The position numbers and the translations under genes were made by a program. Below the pieces are notes generated by a model. The model did not search any database. It was not told the DNA's origin and saw only the letters and a list, made by a program, of their open reading frames with translations. Source: an uncultured Mageeibacillus sp. (GTDB lineage: Bacteria > Bacillota > Clostridia > Saccharofermentanales > UBA5734). From it: a stretch of DNA of 64,000 bases. This document shows, piece by piece, positions 36,683 through 46,141 of this stretch. Location: positions 405-64,404 of the forward strand of contig CAZGSR010000011.1 in assembly GCA_964528645.1 (NCBI GenBank), read 5' to 3'. The stretch's first letter is position 1; each line of letters opens with the position of its first letter.

Positions 36683-37272
36683 TCCTCTGGCAGCTGTTTT
36701 TCACTTTCTTTCGCATCGGCCTCTTCACATTTGGCGGTGGGTATGCGATGGTGCCACTGATCCAGCGTGAAATGACCAGTCATCAGTGGATTTCCGTCCA
36801 GCAATTTGGCGACATCCTGGCCATTTCCCAGATCACACCCGGCCCCCTGGCGATCAATACTGCAACCTATGTTGGCTTTGTCATCGCTGGCGTGGCTGGC
36901 AGTGCGGCCGCGACCATAGGCGTTATGCTGCCCTCGTTGCTCCTGATCCTGGTCCTGACCCATTGGCTCAACCGGATCTGGCACCATCCGCTGACCCGGA
37001 TGGCTTTCCACGGCCTGCGCCCGACGGTCGTAGCCTTGCTGGCTTCAGCGGCCTGGTTTTTTGCCCAGGCTTCCCTGATCCGGCCCCTGGCCGAGAACTG
37101 GCTCGAACACCTGAAAATGGATCCTTTGAGCCTTATAAGCCCTCTTTCGCTTGTTCTATTTGCCTTGACCATTTTTTTGCAGGTCCGGTTCAAGCTCAGT
37201 CCGATTTCGGTCATACTTATCTGCGGCGTTATCGCGGTCCTCGTGCTGCCGATCTGGCCTGGCTGGGCCTGA
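36679..37272 (+). CDS. chrA: Chromate transporter (CHR) family protein, second half-size subunit
   Basis: It carries the CHR signature FFRIGLFTFGGGYAMVPLIQREMTSHQWIS. The paired short-chain CHR arrangement is present. Confidence 0.8.
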   Translation: MILWQLFFTFFRIGLFTFGGGYAMVPLIQREMTSHQWISVQQFGDILAISQITPGPLAINTATYVGFVIAGVAGSAAATIGVMLPSLLLILVLTHWLNRIWHHPLTRMAFHGLRPTVVALLASAAWFFAQASLIRPLAENWLEHLKMDPLSLISPLSLVLFALTIFLQVRFKLSPISVILICGVIAVLVLPIWPGWA

Positions 37273-37383
37273 TTCTTTGAAAAAATCCGCATGAATCCGC
37301 ACGGATCTTGTTGAAAGCCTTGAATGAATCGTCTTTTGACGGTACCTTAAGAAAAGACCATTTTCCCAAGGAGATCATTGACC

Positions 37384-38646
37384 ATGGATGTTCAAATTGT
37401 CGGTGGCGGCTGGTCCGGTTGCGCAGCAGCCATTGCCGCCAGGAAGCAGGGCGTATCCGTCACCTTGCATGAACGGACCGATTTGCTGCTCGGCACGGGA
37501 CTGGTGGGCGGCATCATGCGCAACAACGGTCGTTTCACTTCGACGGAAGAAGCCATCGCCCTCGGTGGTGGTGAATTGTTCGATATCACCGACCAGACTG
37601 CACGCCATCGCAACATCGAATTCCCCGGTCACAAGCATGCGACGCTTTATGACATATCGACCACACCGTCAGCCGTGACCGATTACCTGCTATCGATCGG
37701 GGTCAAGATCGTCTATCATTCCCGGATCGAGAAACTCGTCATGACCAACCAGACGATCCACGCCATCGGCTGCAAAAAGGGCAAAACCTATGCCGGTGAT
37801 GTCTTTGTCGATGCGACCGGCACCGCGGGACCGATGGCTAATTGCAAGAAATACGGCAATGGCTGTGCGATGTGCATCCTGCGTTGCCCGAGCTTTGGCG
37901 GACGTGTCAGCCTGACCGGCCTGGCTGGAGTGACTGAGCTGGTCGGCAAAAAAAGCAGTGGCGCCGTCGGTGCGATGAGTGGCTCCTGTAAATTATTTAA
38001 GGAATCCCTGTCGCCTGAGATCGTAGCTGAGCTCAATGAGAAAGGCGTCGCCCTTGTTCCCGTTCCCCAGAATCTGGTCGAGGATCATCTCGACATCAAA
38101 GCCTGCCAGCAATATGCCCTGGCTGAATTCCGCGACAACATTGTCCTTTTGGACACGGGTCACGCCAAACTGATGTCGCCCTATTTTGAAATCCACCGTC
38201 TGCAGCAGATCCCTGGCCTGGAAAAAGCCCGCTATGAGGATCCGTATTCTGGCGGCCAGGGCAATTCCATGCGCTTTTTTGCCATGGCTCCCCGCGACAA
38301 CACCCTTGCGGTCGAAGGCGTCAACAACTTGTTCTGCGCCGGCGAAAAGGCTGGCCTGCTGGTTGGCCACACCGAGGCCATCGTCACCGGTACCCTGGCT
38401 GGCTACAATGCCGCCCGAGTGGCTAAGGGACTCGAACCCATCGAGCTCCCCCGCAGCCTCGTGATCGGTGATGCGATCGCCTTTGTGCGCGAACAGATGC
38501 AGACTGAAAAGGGCCTCGGTTTGAAATACACCTTCTCAGGCTCGGTCCTGTTCGAGCGCATGCAGGAGCTTGGATCCTATACGACCGACATCCCCACGAT
38601 CCGCCAACGCGTCGAACAGGCAGGCCTAACCGGCGTTTTTGCGTAA
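37384..38646 (+). CDS. FAD-dependent oxidoreductase with GidA/TrmFO-like ends and an internal Cx6Cx2Cx3C cluster; function unknown
   Basis: The ATG at 37384 lies 9 nt after AAGGAGA. It has the dinucleotide motif VQIVGGGWSGCAAAIAA, the Cys cluster CKKYGNGCAMCILRC (37843-37887), and the C-terminal LFCAGEKAGLLVGHTEAIVTGTLAGYNAAR, which resembles GidA/TrmFO. Confidence 0.55.
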   Translation: MDVQIVGGGWSGCAAAIAARKQGVSVTLHERTDLLLGTGLVGGIMRNNGRFTSTEEAIALGGGELFDITDQTARHRNIEFPGHKHATLYDISTTPSAVTDYLLSIGVKIVYHSRIEKLVMTNQTIHAIGCKKGKTYAGDVFVDATGTAGPMANCKKYGNGCAMCILRCPSFGGRVSLTGLAGVTELVGKKSSGAVGAMSGSCKLFKESLSPEIVAELNEKGVALVPVPQNLVEDHLDIKACQQYALAEFRDNIVLLDTGHAKLMSPYFEIHRLQQIPGLEKARYEDPYSGGQGNSMRFFAMAPRDNTLAVEGVNNLFCAGEKAGLLVGHTEAIVTGTLAGYNAARVAKGLEPIELPRSLVIGDAIAFVREQMQTEKGLGLKYTFSGSVLFERMQELGSYTTDIPTIRQRVEQAGLTGVFA

Positions 38647-38667
38647 ATAGAACATTTGGAGGTTTCC

Positions 38668-40041
38668 ATGGCCACAATCGGTACCTTGCACCTCGTCTAC
38701 CTGGTGATGACTCTGTTGATCATCACAGCCCTACTGTTCAAAAAGGAGATTGTCCTGCCTTCTGTGGTCGGTATTTTCCTGATGGGCCTCTTTTTCACGG
38801 GTCATCCGATCAAAGCGATCCAGGTCCTGTACAATGCCCTGGTTGTGGCCGGTGGTGAATTCCTCGGTATCATCGTGGTCATTGCCCTGGTTGTCTCCAT
38901 GACCAAAACGCTGGCCACCATCGGCGCGGACGAGTTGATGATCCGGCCTTTGAAAAACGCCATTCACTCCAATAAAGTCGCTTTTTTCGTCGTCGGCGCG
39001 GTTATGCTGGTCGCCTCCTGGTTCATCTGGCCTTCTCCGGCTGTGGCCCTTGTCGGGGCGCTGCTTCTGCCTTTTGCCCTGCGCGCCGGTTTGCCGGCGA
39101 TCTGGGCTGCTGTTGCCATGAACCTGTTTGGCCACGGCATTGGCCTCTCGAGTGACTTTTTCATCCAGGGAGCCCCTTCAATCACCGCCAAATCAGCAGG
39201 CATTGGTCCGACCGATATCATGGTTGCCAGTGTACCGATCTGGCTTGTCATGTCGGTTGTCACCATTGCCGTCGCCTTTGTCATGTTCCTGCAAGATCTC
39301 AAGAAAAATCCGCAGATGGCTGTGGTTGACCTGGCCGCAACCGAATCCGAATCCAAAGTCAAAATCACGACTTTTTCCTATGTCATGGCTGTGGTCACAC
39401 CCCTGGCCTTCGTCCTCGACGTCTTTTTCATGATCACCCTCAACATCGTCGGTGGCGATGCCACCGCCCTGGTCGGTGGTACCGCGATCCTGATCATGAC
39501 CGCCATCCTGATCGGCAAGGGAGACCTGATGGATTCGCTCGATGAAATCACCGACAAATTCAAGGAAGGCTTCATCTTCGCCATCAAAATATTTGCTCCG
39601 GTCATTGTCATTGGCGGGTTCTTCTTCCTCGGCAGCGGTGAAATCGCCGCCAAGATCATGGGTGAAGGCGCCCCTAACATCCTCAATGACTATGGTATGT
39701 ACTTGGCTGGCATCGCACCGCTGGCCAAATTCCCGGTCGTCATCATCCAGGCTCTGATCGCTGTTGTCACCGGCCTCGATGGCTCCGGCTTCTCTGGTCT
39801 GCCCCTCGTCGGCTCACTCGCCCAGACCTTCTCCGTCGCCACCGGTGCCAACATCGCTTCACTGGCTGCTCTCGGCCAAGTCATCACCATCTGGGTCGGC
39901 GGCGGTACGATCATTCCCTGGGGTGTCATCCCTGTGGCAGCCATCTGCAATGTCAAACCCGCCGACCTCGCCCGCAAAAACCTCATCCCAGTCCTTTCCG
40001 GCCTCGCCGCCGCTGTCATCGTCACGATGTTTCTGGTGTAA
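38668..40041 (+). CDS. Polytopic membrane transporter of undetermined family
   Basis: The ATG at 38668 follows GGAGG. The ~457-aa protein is hydrophobic throughout, with at least 10 TM segments. I saw no motif I can assign to a family with confidence. Confidence 0.55.
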   Translation: MATIGTLHLVYLVMTLLIITALLFKKEIVLPSVVGIFLMGLFFTGHPIKAIQVLYNALVVAGGEFLGIIVVIALVVSMTKTLATIGADELMIRPLKNAIHSNKVAFFVVGAVMLVASWFIWPSPAVALVGALLLPFALRAGLPAIWAAVAMNLFGHGIGLSSDFFIQGAPSITAKSAGIGPTDIMVASVPIWLVMSVVTIAVAFVMFLQDLKKNPQMAVVDLAATESESKVKITTFSYVMAVVTPLAFVLDVFFMITLNIVGGDATALVGGTAILIMTAILIGKGDLMDSLDEITDKFKEGFIFAIKIFAPVIVIGGFFFLGSGEIAAKIMGEGAPNILNDYGMYLAGIAPLAKFPVVIIQALIAVVTGLDGSGFSGLPLVGSLAQTFSVATGANIASLAALGQVITIWVGGGTIIPWGVIPVAAICNVKPADLARKNLIPVLSGLAAAVIVTMFLV

Positions 40042-40215
40042 AAAAGACAACCAACCGCTTTGTAACATTTGTCCACTGAAATTGTCATGAATAATTAGCT
40101 TTTCTGTCACATGAATGTACGTCCAGTCGCTTTATGATGAATGTGACTGCATGGATCCGAGCCACTGCCCGTCTGCCGCCCTGGCAGGCTGGAGTGACGT
40201 TCCTGCCAGTTTGTC

Positions 40216-43200
40216 GTGTGGGCAAACTGGAGACGCGAAACGACTGGAGACAGAATTGTGAAAACTGAAAAGGAAGGTCTTGTTCCGGACAACGAAATTG
40301 ATCGCCTGTTTTGTCATCGGCAATACCCACTGACATATCCTCAAAGGGGGGTTTGGTATCTTGAGAAGATCAATCCAGATACCGGCATTGGCAATCTGGC
40401 GGTCACTTTGAAATTCAACCAAGTCATCGATTACACAACGGCAAATCAGGCTGTAAACTTGCTTCTGGCGCAAAATGAGGGATTCAGGACCAGGATCCGG
40501 GAAAATCCCGATGGCGAAGTCACGCAATATTTTGCTCCTTTTGAACCCTATGTCATGCCGCGCTTCGATTTTAGCCTGGTCGACAGAGAAATGCTTTACC
40601 AATGGGACCGGACGGAAGTTCGCCGGCCCTTTGAACTGGACCATAATCTATATTATTTTGCATATGTCAAAATCGACAGCCAGTCTTCTGCCTTGTTTAT
40701 GCGTTTTCATCATCTGATTGCCGATGCCTGGTCCTTTGTCCAGATCGGCAATGACCTGATGGCATTTTATGACCGGTTAAGTGATGGTCGGGGGGTCAGT
40801 GAACCGGAAAACCCACCCTACCGTGATTTCATCCAATCGGAACAATCGTATATCGGATCTGAACGGTATCACCTGGACAAGGAATTCTGGAGCAACCAGT
40901 TTTTGACTTTGCCGACTTTGACTACCTTGAAAACTCGTACATCAGAACGGATTGGTTTGACTGCCAAGCGGCGCAGCTATGCGTTACCGGAGAAGCTGAC
41001 CAGCAAGATCCGGGACTATTGTCATGAAAACCGGACTTCGATTTTTGCGCTGTTTTTTGCAGCCATGAGTATCTACATCAACCGGATCAAGGACCAGGAT
41101 GACATCGTGATCGGAACACCAGTCCTTAACCGTTCCAATGCCAGGGAAAAGCGGACGATCGGCATGTTTATCAGTACCGTTCCCTTGCGGATCAAAATTG
41201 ATCAGCACCTGACCTTTCAAGAATTCTCCCGCAAGCTAGATGCATCCTGGTTTTCTGTGCTCAAACATCAAAAATACCCTTACGACCTTCTCCTCCGTGA
41301 CGTCCGGGAATCTTTCCCTGATGTAGAGAAGCTTTTTGATATTGCCATCTCATACCAAAATGGCAAAATCAACCGCAGCCAGGAGGGCCTGGCAGGCAAC
41401 GCCGAGGTGCGCTGGCATTTCACAGAACACCAGACCGAAGCTTTGTATCTGCATATCAATGAGCGAGAAGGGGAGAGTCAGATTCTCCTCAATTATGATT
41501 ATCTGGTCGATCTATTCTACGCCAAAGAAATCGACTATATCCACGACCATATGCTGCGCTTGCTCTGGCATGCTCTGGATAATCCGCAACGACCGATCAG
41601 CCAGATCCATATGCTTTCCGAGAAGGAACGCTACAAGGTTTTGACCCTGTTTAACCAGACAAACGCCGAGTATCCGAGCAGCCAGACGGTGACCGGATTA
41701 TTTGAAGCCCAGGTCGATCGTTCGCCGCATTCTCCGGCAGTCGTCATCGGCAAAAAATCATACACGTATGATGTTGTGGATCAAATGGCTGAAAGGGTCG
41801 CCAGAGAACTCCGGCAGGCAGGTGCCAAGAGAGAATCAATTGTCGCTCTTTTTATGCAACCATCCTTGACCATGATTGTCTCTATCCTGGGCGTATTGAA
41901 GGCCGGTGCTGCTTATCTGCCCATCGATCCGGACTATCCGACCGAGCGGGTTTCATATATGCTGGAAAATTCTGGCGCCAGGATCCTTTTGCAAGGAACA
42001 CGTACAAGTAGTCCGACTGGATTTGATGGGACCATTCTCGATGCGTCCGCCATTGTGGCGAATGCATTACGCCAAAAAGCCAATGGATTGCGCTTGCCAA
42101 GGCAGAACTCACTCATTGAACCGTCGAATTTACTGTATGTTATCTATACTTCAGGATCGACTGGCCGCCCCAAAGGCGTCATGATTGAACACCGCAATGT
42201 TGTCCGGCTGCTCTTTAATGACCGTACACCGTTTGACTTTGGCCCGCAAGATTGCTGGACTTTGTTCCACTCGTATTGTTTTGATTTTTCGGTCTGGGAG
42301 ATGTATGGTGCACTTTTGTATGGCGGTCGTCTGGTCATTGTCCCTAAGCCAGTCGCCCGGGATACACAGGCTTTCCGCAAATTGCTGATTGATCAGCAAG
42401 TGACCGTTTTAAACCAGACGCCAGCTGCCTTTTACAACCTGGCGGACCAGGAAGTCCAGAAATCCGGTTCTGAGCTCTCTGTCCGCATGGTCATTTTTGG
42501 TGGAGACGCCTTGAAACCTCAGCTGCTCAGAGCCTTTCACGCTAAATATCCTCATGTGCGCCTGGTCAACATGTACGGAATTACGGAAACGACCGTCCAT
42601 GTCACCTATATTGATCTCAAAGACACTGACCTCCAAAATGGCACCTCCAATGTAGGACGACCCATTCCGACAATGCGTGTCTATATTCTGGACAAAAATC
42701 TCAATCCGATGCCGATAGGAGCTCCCGGTGAGATCTTTGTTAGCGGTGCTGGTGTAGGACGTGGCTATTTGAATAATCCTGAGCTGACAGCAGCCCGGTT
42801 CATGCCCAGCCCATTCGAACCAGGCGAAAAACTCTACCGGTCTGGCGACCTGGGCCGGTTCTTTCCAGAAGGCGATATCGAGTATCTGGGCCGGATCGAT
42901 CATCAGGTCAAAATCCGAGGACACCGGATCGAGCTGGGTGAAATCGAGTCAGCCATTCTCGAACACAACCGGATCAAATCCGCCCGGGTCCTGACAGTGG
43001 AAAACGGACAAGGCAATAAGCAGCTGATCGCCTACTTTGTGCCTGCGCAGCCGATCACCCTCCATGAGCTGCGGGCTTATCTGACCAAGCTGCTGCCGGA
43101 ATATATGATCCCAACGTTCTTTGTTGCCCTGGACCGGATTCCACTCAACAGCAATGGTAAAATCGCCCGGGAAAAATTGCCTGGCCCTGATTTTGACTTG

Positions 43201-44262
43201 GCGCTGGTAGCCGAATCGACACCGCCGGCCACCGAGCTCGAAATCAGGATCGTTGCAGCATTTTCGGAAGTCTTGGAATGCTCGGGAATCGGTCGTGAGG
43301 ACCACTTCTTCCGATTGGGTGGGGATTCACTGAGTGCAGCCAGGCTGGTTGCCATCCTTGGTGATCCGGTGACCTTTGCTGATTTGTACAGTCATCCAAC
43401 GGTCCGGGATCTGGCGCAATTCATGCTAAACCAGTGTTCAGACCGCCCGGGCAGCTTGCTGGTACTCCGTCAATCCTGCGCGCTGAAACACTTGGTCATA
43501 TTTCCCTATGCCGGTGGAACTGCTGCGACCTGTCTGGCCCTCAGCCAGCAAATCAGCCAGCTGACGGATGACCTGAATGTGATTGCGGTCAATTTGCCGG
43601 AGCAGCGTTTGCCACAACATGCGATGGCCGAGACAATTGCCCATGAACTGAAGCAGGAATTGATGGGTGAACTCTATATTTACAGCCATTGTGCTGGTTC
43701 CAGCCTGGCGATTGAAACCGCTCTGCTGCTGGAAAAGATGGGCCGTCCACCGGTTTCGGTTCTGGTCGGTGCCTCGTTACCGCCTTTTGCGTTCGCCTCG
43801 CACAAATCGATCGTCTCGCCGGTCGCTTTGATCCGGCAGGGTCTCAATCGTTTGCTGGCAAATCCCTGGCGTTACCTGAGCGATTCATCATTGCTGAAAA
43901 TCCTCTTGTCAATTGGTCTTCGCACTGGCGACATACAACCGGAGCAACAAGAAAATATGATCCGCTGGTTTCGCCAGGATGCGGCAGAATTTTACGACTT
44001 TTTCAACCGGAAACAGCACGAAGCTCGGCTGGATCCTGATTGCATGAGGTTGTCAGCGCCCATTCATTGCATCGTTGGCGACCAGGACCCTGTCACGATG
44101 GGGGCCAAACGACTGTATCAACGCTGGAATCGATTCTCAAACCAGGTGGATTTGACGATTATTCCGCAAGCTGGACATTATTTCCTCAGTGCCCAGGCCA
44201 GCGAACTGAGTCAATGGATTTTGCAGATCATTGACCGTACTGCCGGTGACCGGCATGATTAA
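40216..44262 (+). CDS. Single-module nonribosomal peptide synthetase, C-A-T-TE
   Basis: C domain: HHLIADAWS. A domain: LLYVIYTSGSTGRPKGV, NMYGITETT, YRSGDLGR, GRIDHQVKIRGHRIELGEIE and NGKIAREKL. T domain: FFRLGGDSLSAARL. TE domain: LVIFPYAGG, YIYSHCAGSS, IVGDQDP and QAGHYF. The likely true start is the GTG at 40258, 7 nt after GGAGA. Confidence 0.9.
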   Translation: MWANWRRETTGDRIVKTEKEGLVPDNEIDRLFCHRQYPLTYPQRGVWYLEKINPDTGIGNLAVTLKFNQVIDYTTANQAVNLLLAQNEGFRTRIRENPDGEVTQYFAPFEPYVMPRFDFSLVDREMLYQWDRTEVRRPFELDHNLYYFAYVKIDSQSSALFMRFHHLIADAWSFVQIGNDLMAFYDRLSDGRGVSEPENPPYRDFIQSEQSYIGSERYHLDKEFWSNQFLTLPTLTTLKTRTSERIGLTAKRRSYALPEKLTSKIRDYCHENRTSIFALFFAAMSIYINRIKDQDDIVIGTPVLNRSNAREKRTIGMFISTVPLRIKIDQHLTFQEFSRKLDASWFSVLKHQKYPYDLLLRDVRESFPDVEKLFDIAISYQNGKINRSQEGLAGNAEVRWHFTEHQTEALYLHINEREGESQILLNYDYLVDLFYAKEIDYIHDHMLRLLWHALDNPQRPISQIHMLSEKERYKVLTLFNQTNAEYPSSQTVTGLFEAQVDRSPHSPAVVIGKKSYTYDVVDQMAERVARELRQAGAKRESIVALFMQPSLTMIVSILGVLKAGAAYLPIDPDYPTERVSYMLENSGARILLQGTRTSSPTGFDGTILDASAIVANALRQKANGLRLPRQNSLIEPSNLLYVIYTSGSTGRPKGVMIEHRNVVRLLFNDRTPFDFGPQDCWTLFHSYCFDFSVWEMYGALLYGGRLVIVPKPVARDTQAFRKLLIDQQVTVLNQTPAAFYNLADQEVQKSGSELSVRMVIFGGDALKPQLLRAFHAKYPHVRLVNMYGITETTVHVTYIDLKDTDLQNGTSNVGRPIPTMRVYILDKNLNPMPIGAPGEIFVSGAGVGRGYLNNPELTAARFMPSPFEPGEKLYRSGDLGRFFPEGDIEYLGRIDHQVKIRGHRIELGEIESAILEHNRIKSARVLTVENGQGNKQLIAYFVPAQPITLHELRAYLTKLLPEYMIPTFFVALDRIPLNSNGKIAREKLPGPDFDLALVAESTPPATELEIRIVAAFSEVLECSGIGREDHFFRLGGDSLSAARLVAILGDPVTFADLYSHPTVRDLAQFMLNQCSDRPGSLLVLRQSCALKHLVIFPYAGGTAATCLALSQQISQLTDDLNVIAVNLPEQRLPQHAMAETIAHELKQELMGELYIYSHCAGSSLAIETALLLEKMGRPPVSVLVGASLPPFAFASHKSIVSPVALIRQGLNRLLANPWRYLSDSSLLKILLSIGLRTGDIQPEQQENMIRWFRQDAAEFYDFFNRKQHEARLDPDCMRLSAPIHCIVGDQDPVTMGAKRLYQRWNRFSNQVDLTIIPQAGHYFLSAQASELSQWILQIIDRTAGDRHD

Positions 44263-46141
44263 ATTACTGCTTAATCCAGATTTTGCACTCGTCCTGCTTT
44301 CGATCGCCTTCGTCGTATTTCTGTCGGTGATTGTCTGGCGGATGAAAAATAAGCAGCTGATCCATCACGTGTTCCTGGGCTTGATGGGCTGTCTGTTCAT
44401 CTGGGCCATCGGTGCGATGATCCTGCTGCGCGACAATCTCCTGGGCCATCCGATCCAGATCTGGGCAGTCAATTTCACATATATAGGCTTGATCCTAACC
44501 CCTGTTGCAGCCCTCTATGTAGGTGTGGTTTTTGCCCACAATACGGTCAAACTCAGTCCTTTCCACTTACTGACTCTATCCATACCGTTTCTGTCCCTGT
44601 TCTTGCTCTTTACCAATGAGTATCACCATGTATTCTATAAATTCTATGACTATGCACAGCTGACCTCAGCCAGTGCTCTGGGTTGGTATTTCGTTATCCA
44701 TACTGCCTATTCATACACATGCATTACCATTGGGCTTTCATTTCTGGCGTATTTTTCGATCAAGAATGCCGGTTTTTTCTCCAAGCAGTCTATTTTTATT
44801 CTGACAGGTGTCATACTCTCGTTTGGCTTCAATGCTGCTGTGACCTTCCAAGTCATTCCAGCCAGATTCCACTACACAGTCATTGTTTTATCTTTGTCTT
44901 GCATCTTTTTCTATTTCGCCATATTCAAATATGATTTTCTCAGCATTGTGCCAATCGCACTGCAAAGAGTGGTCGATCATATTTCCGACAGCTTCATGGT
45001 CTTCGATGCAAATGACAACCTGGTCGATTTTAACAAGACTTTCATTGACACGTTCCAGTCTGAGGCCAACATTACGCGAAAAATCACGATCGACACGCTG
45101 GCTGATCGAGTCCGAGGCAACCGCTCCATGTTCAATCTGCTGCGGAAATTCAGGGCCGTTGTTAAGCGACGCATGCGCCTGACCCTGGAAGAAACCCTGG
45201 ATATCAAAGGCCAGAAGCGCTTCTTTTCGATTGAAGTGACGCCTGTCTATAATCAGGGCCGTTTTATCAGCACCATTATTCTACTCAAAGACATCACAGA
45301 AATCCGGGAAGCGCTGGACTCACTGCGCCGCAATCATGAAATGCTGATGGAGAAGGAACGACTTGCTTCGCTGGGTCAATTGATTGGCGGCATTGCCCAC
45401 AATCTCAAGACTCCTATCATGTCGATCTCGGGTGGCATCGAAGGCCTCAAAGATTTGATTGAGGAGTATGAGGACTCGATTGGAGACAGCAGTGTAACGG
45501 CTGAAGACCATCATGAGATTGCTCGCGAGATGCTGGCATGGATTGACAAGATCCGGCCACATTGCACTTACATGTCAGATATCATCACAACCGTGAAAGG
45601 ACAAGCGGCTCAGTTTAATACATCGGACGAAATGACCTTCACTTTGAATGAACTGATCCATCGCGTAGAGTTGTTGATGAAACACGAACTTAAACGCTAT
45701 CACTGTGTGCTCAATATTCACCTCAAGTCCAGTAACATCATCGAATTGAAAGGTGAAATCAACAGCCTGGTCCAGATTTTCGACAACCTGATCATCAATG
45801 CCCTGCAATCCTATGAAGGACGCCAAGGTCAGCTAGACCTGACCATTGAAGAAAATGAGAACCAAATTATATTTATGCTCAAGGATTATGGCAGTGGAAT
45901 ATCACCCTCAGTCCGTGACAAATTGTTCAGAGAAATGGTGACCACAAAAGGTAAGCTCGGCACTGGCCTTGGACTATATATGTCTCACGCAACCATAAAA
46001 GGAAAATTTGGTGGTCGGATGTGGTTTGACAGTGAGCCAGGCAAAGGGACTTGTTTCTTTATAGAACTTCCACTGGCCCGTAGTTATCCAATACCCGCTT
46101 TGACAAGTACACAAAGAAATGGGGTGCCCCGTTATGCGTAA
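44255..46141 (+). CDS. Sensor histidine kinase with an N-terminal 7TM domain and a PAS-like domain
   Basis: The ATG at 44255 overlaps the NRPS stop (ATGATTAA). About 7 TM helices occupy the first ~230 aa, followed by the PAS-like VVDHISDSFMVFDANDNLVDFNKTF. It has the H-box LIGGIAHNLKTPI, the N-box FDNLIINALQS, G1 KDYGSGI and G2 GTGLGL. Confidence 0.85.
   Translation: MIKLLLNPDFALVLLSIAFVVFLSVIVWRMKNKQLIHHVFLGLMGCLFIWAIGAMILLRDNLLGHPIQIWAVNFTYIGLILTPVAALYVGVVFAHNTVKLSPFHLLTLSIPFLSLFLLFTNEYHHVFYKFYDYAQLTSASALGWYFVIHTAYSYTCITIGLSFLAYFSIKNAGFFSKQSIFILTGVILSFGFNAAVTFQVIPARFHYTVIVLSLSCIFFYFAIFKYDFLSIVPIALQRVVDHISDSFMVFDANDNLVDFNKTFIDTFQSEANITRKITIDTLADRVRGNRSMFNLLRKFRAVVKRRMRLTLEETLDIKGQKRFFSIEVTPVYNQGRFISTIILLKDITEIREALDSLRRNHEMLMEKERLASLGQLIGGIAHNLKTPIMSISGGIEGLKDLIEEYEDSIGDSSVTAEDHHEIAREMLAWIDKIRPHCTYMSDIITTVKGQAAQFNTSDEMTFTLNELIHRVELLMKHELKRYHCVLNIHLKSSNIIELKGEINSLVQIFDNLIINALQSYEGRQGQLDLTIEENENQIIFMLKDYGSGISPSVRDKLFREMVTTKGKLGTGLGLYMSHATIKGKFGGRMWFDSEPGKGTCFFIELPLARSYPIPALTSTQRNGVPRYA

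Noticed and set aside
40132-40644. A 170-aa minus-strand ORF overlapping the NRPS 5' end.
   Set aside because: It is antisense to the C domain, has no motif and no SD, and lies within the leader and start of a strongly supported gene.
44231-44254. The TTG at 44231 as the start of the histidine kinase (ORF-track start).
   Set aside because: The ATG at 44255 gives the classic ATGnnTAA overlap with the NRPS stop, and the same geometry recurs at the next junction. The 8 extra residues add nothing recognisable.
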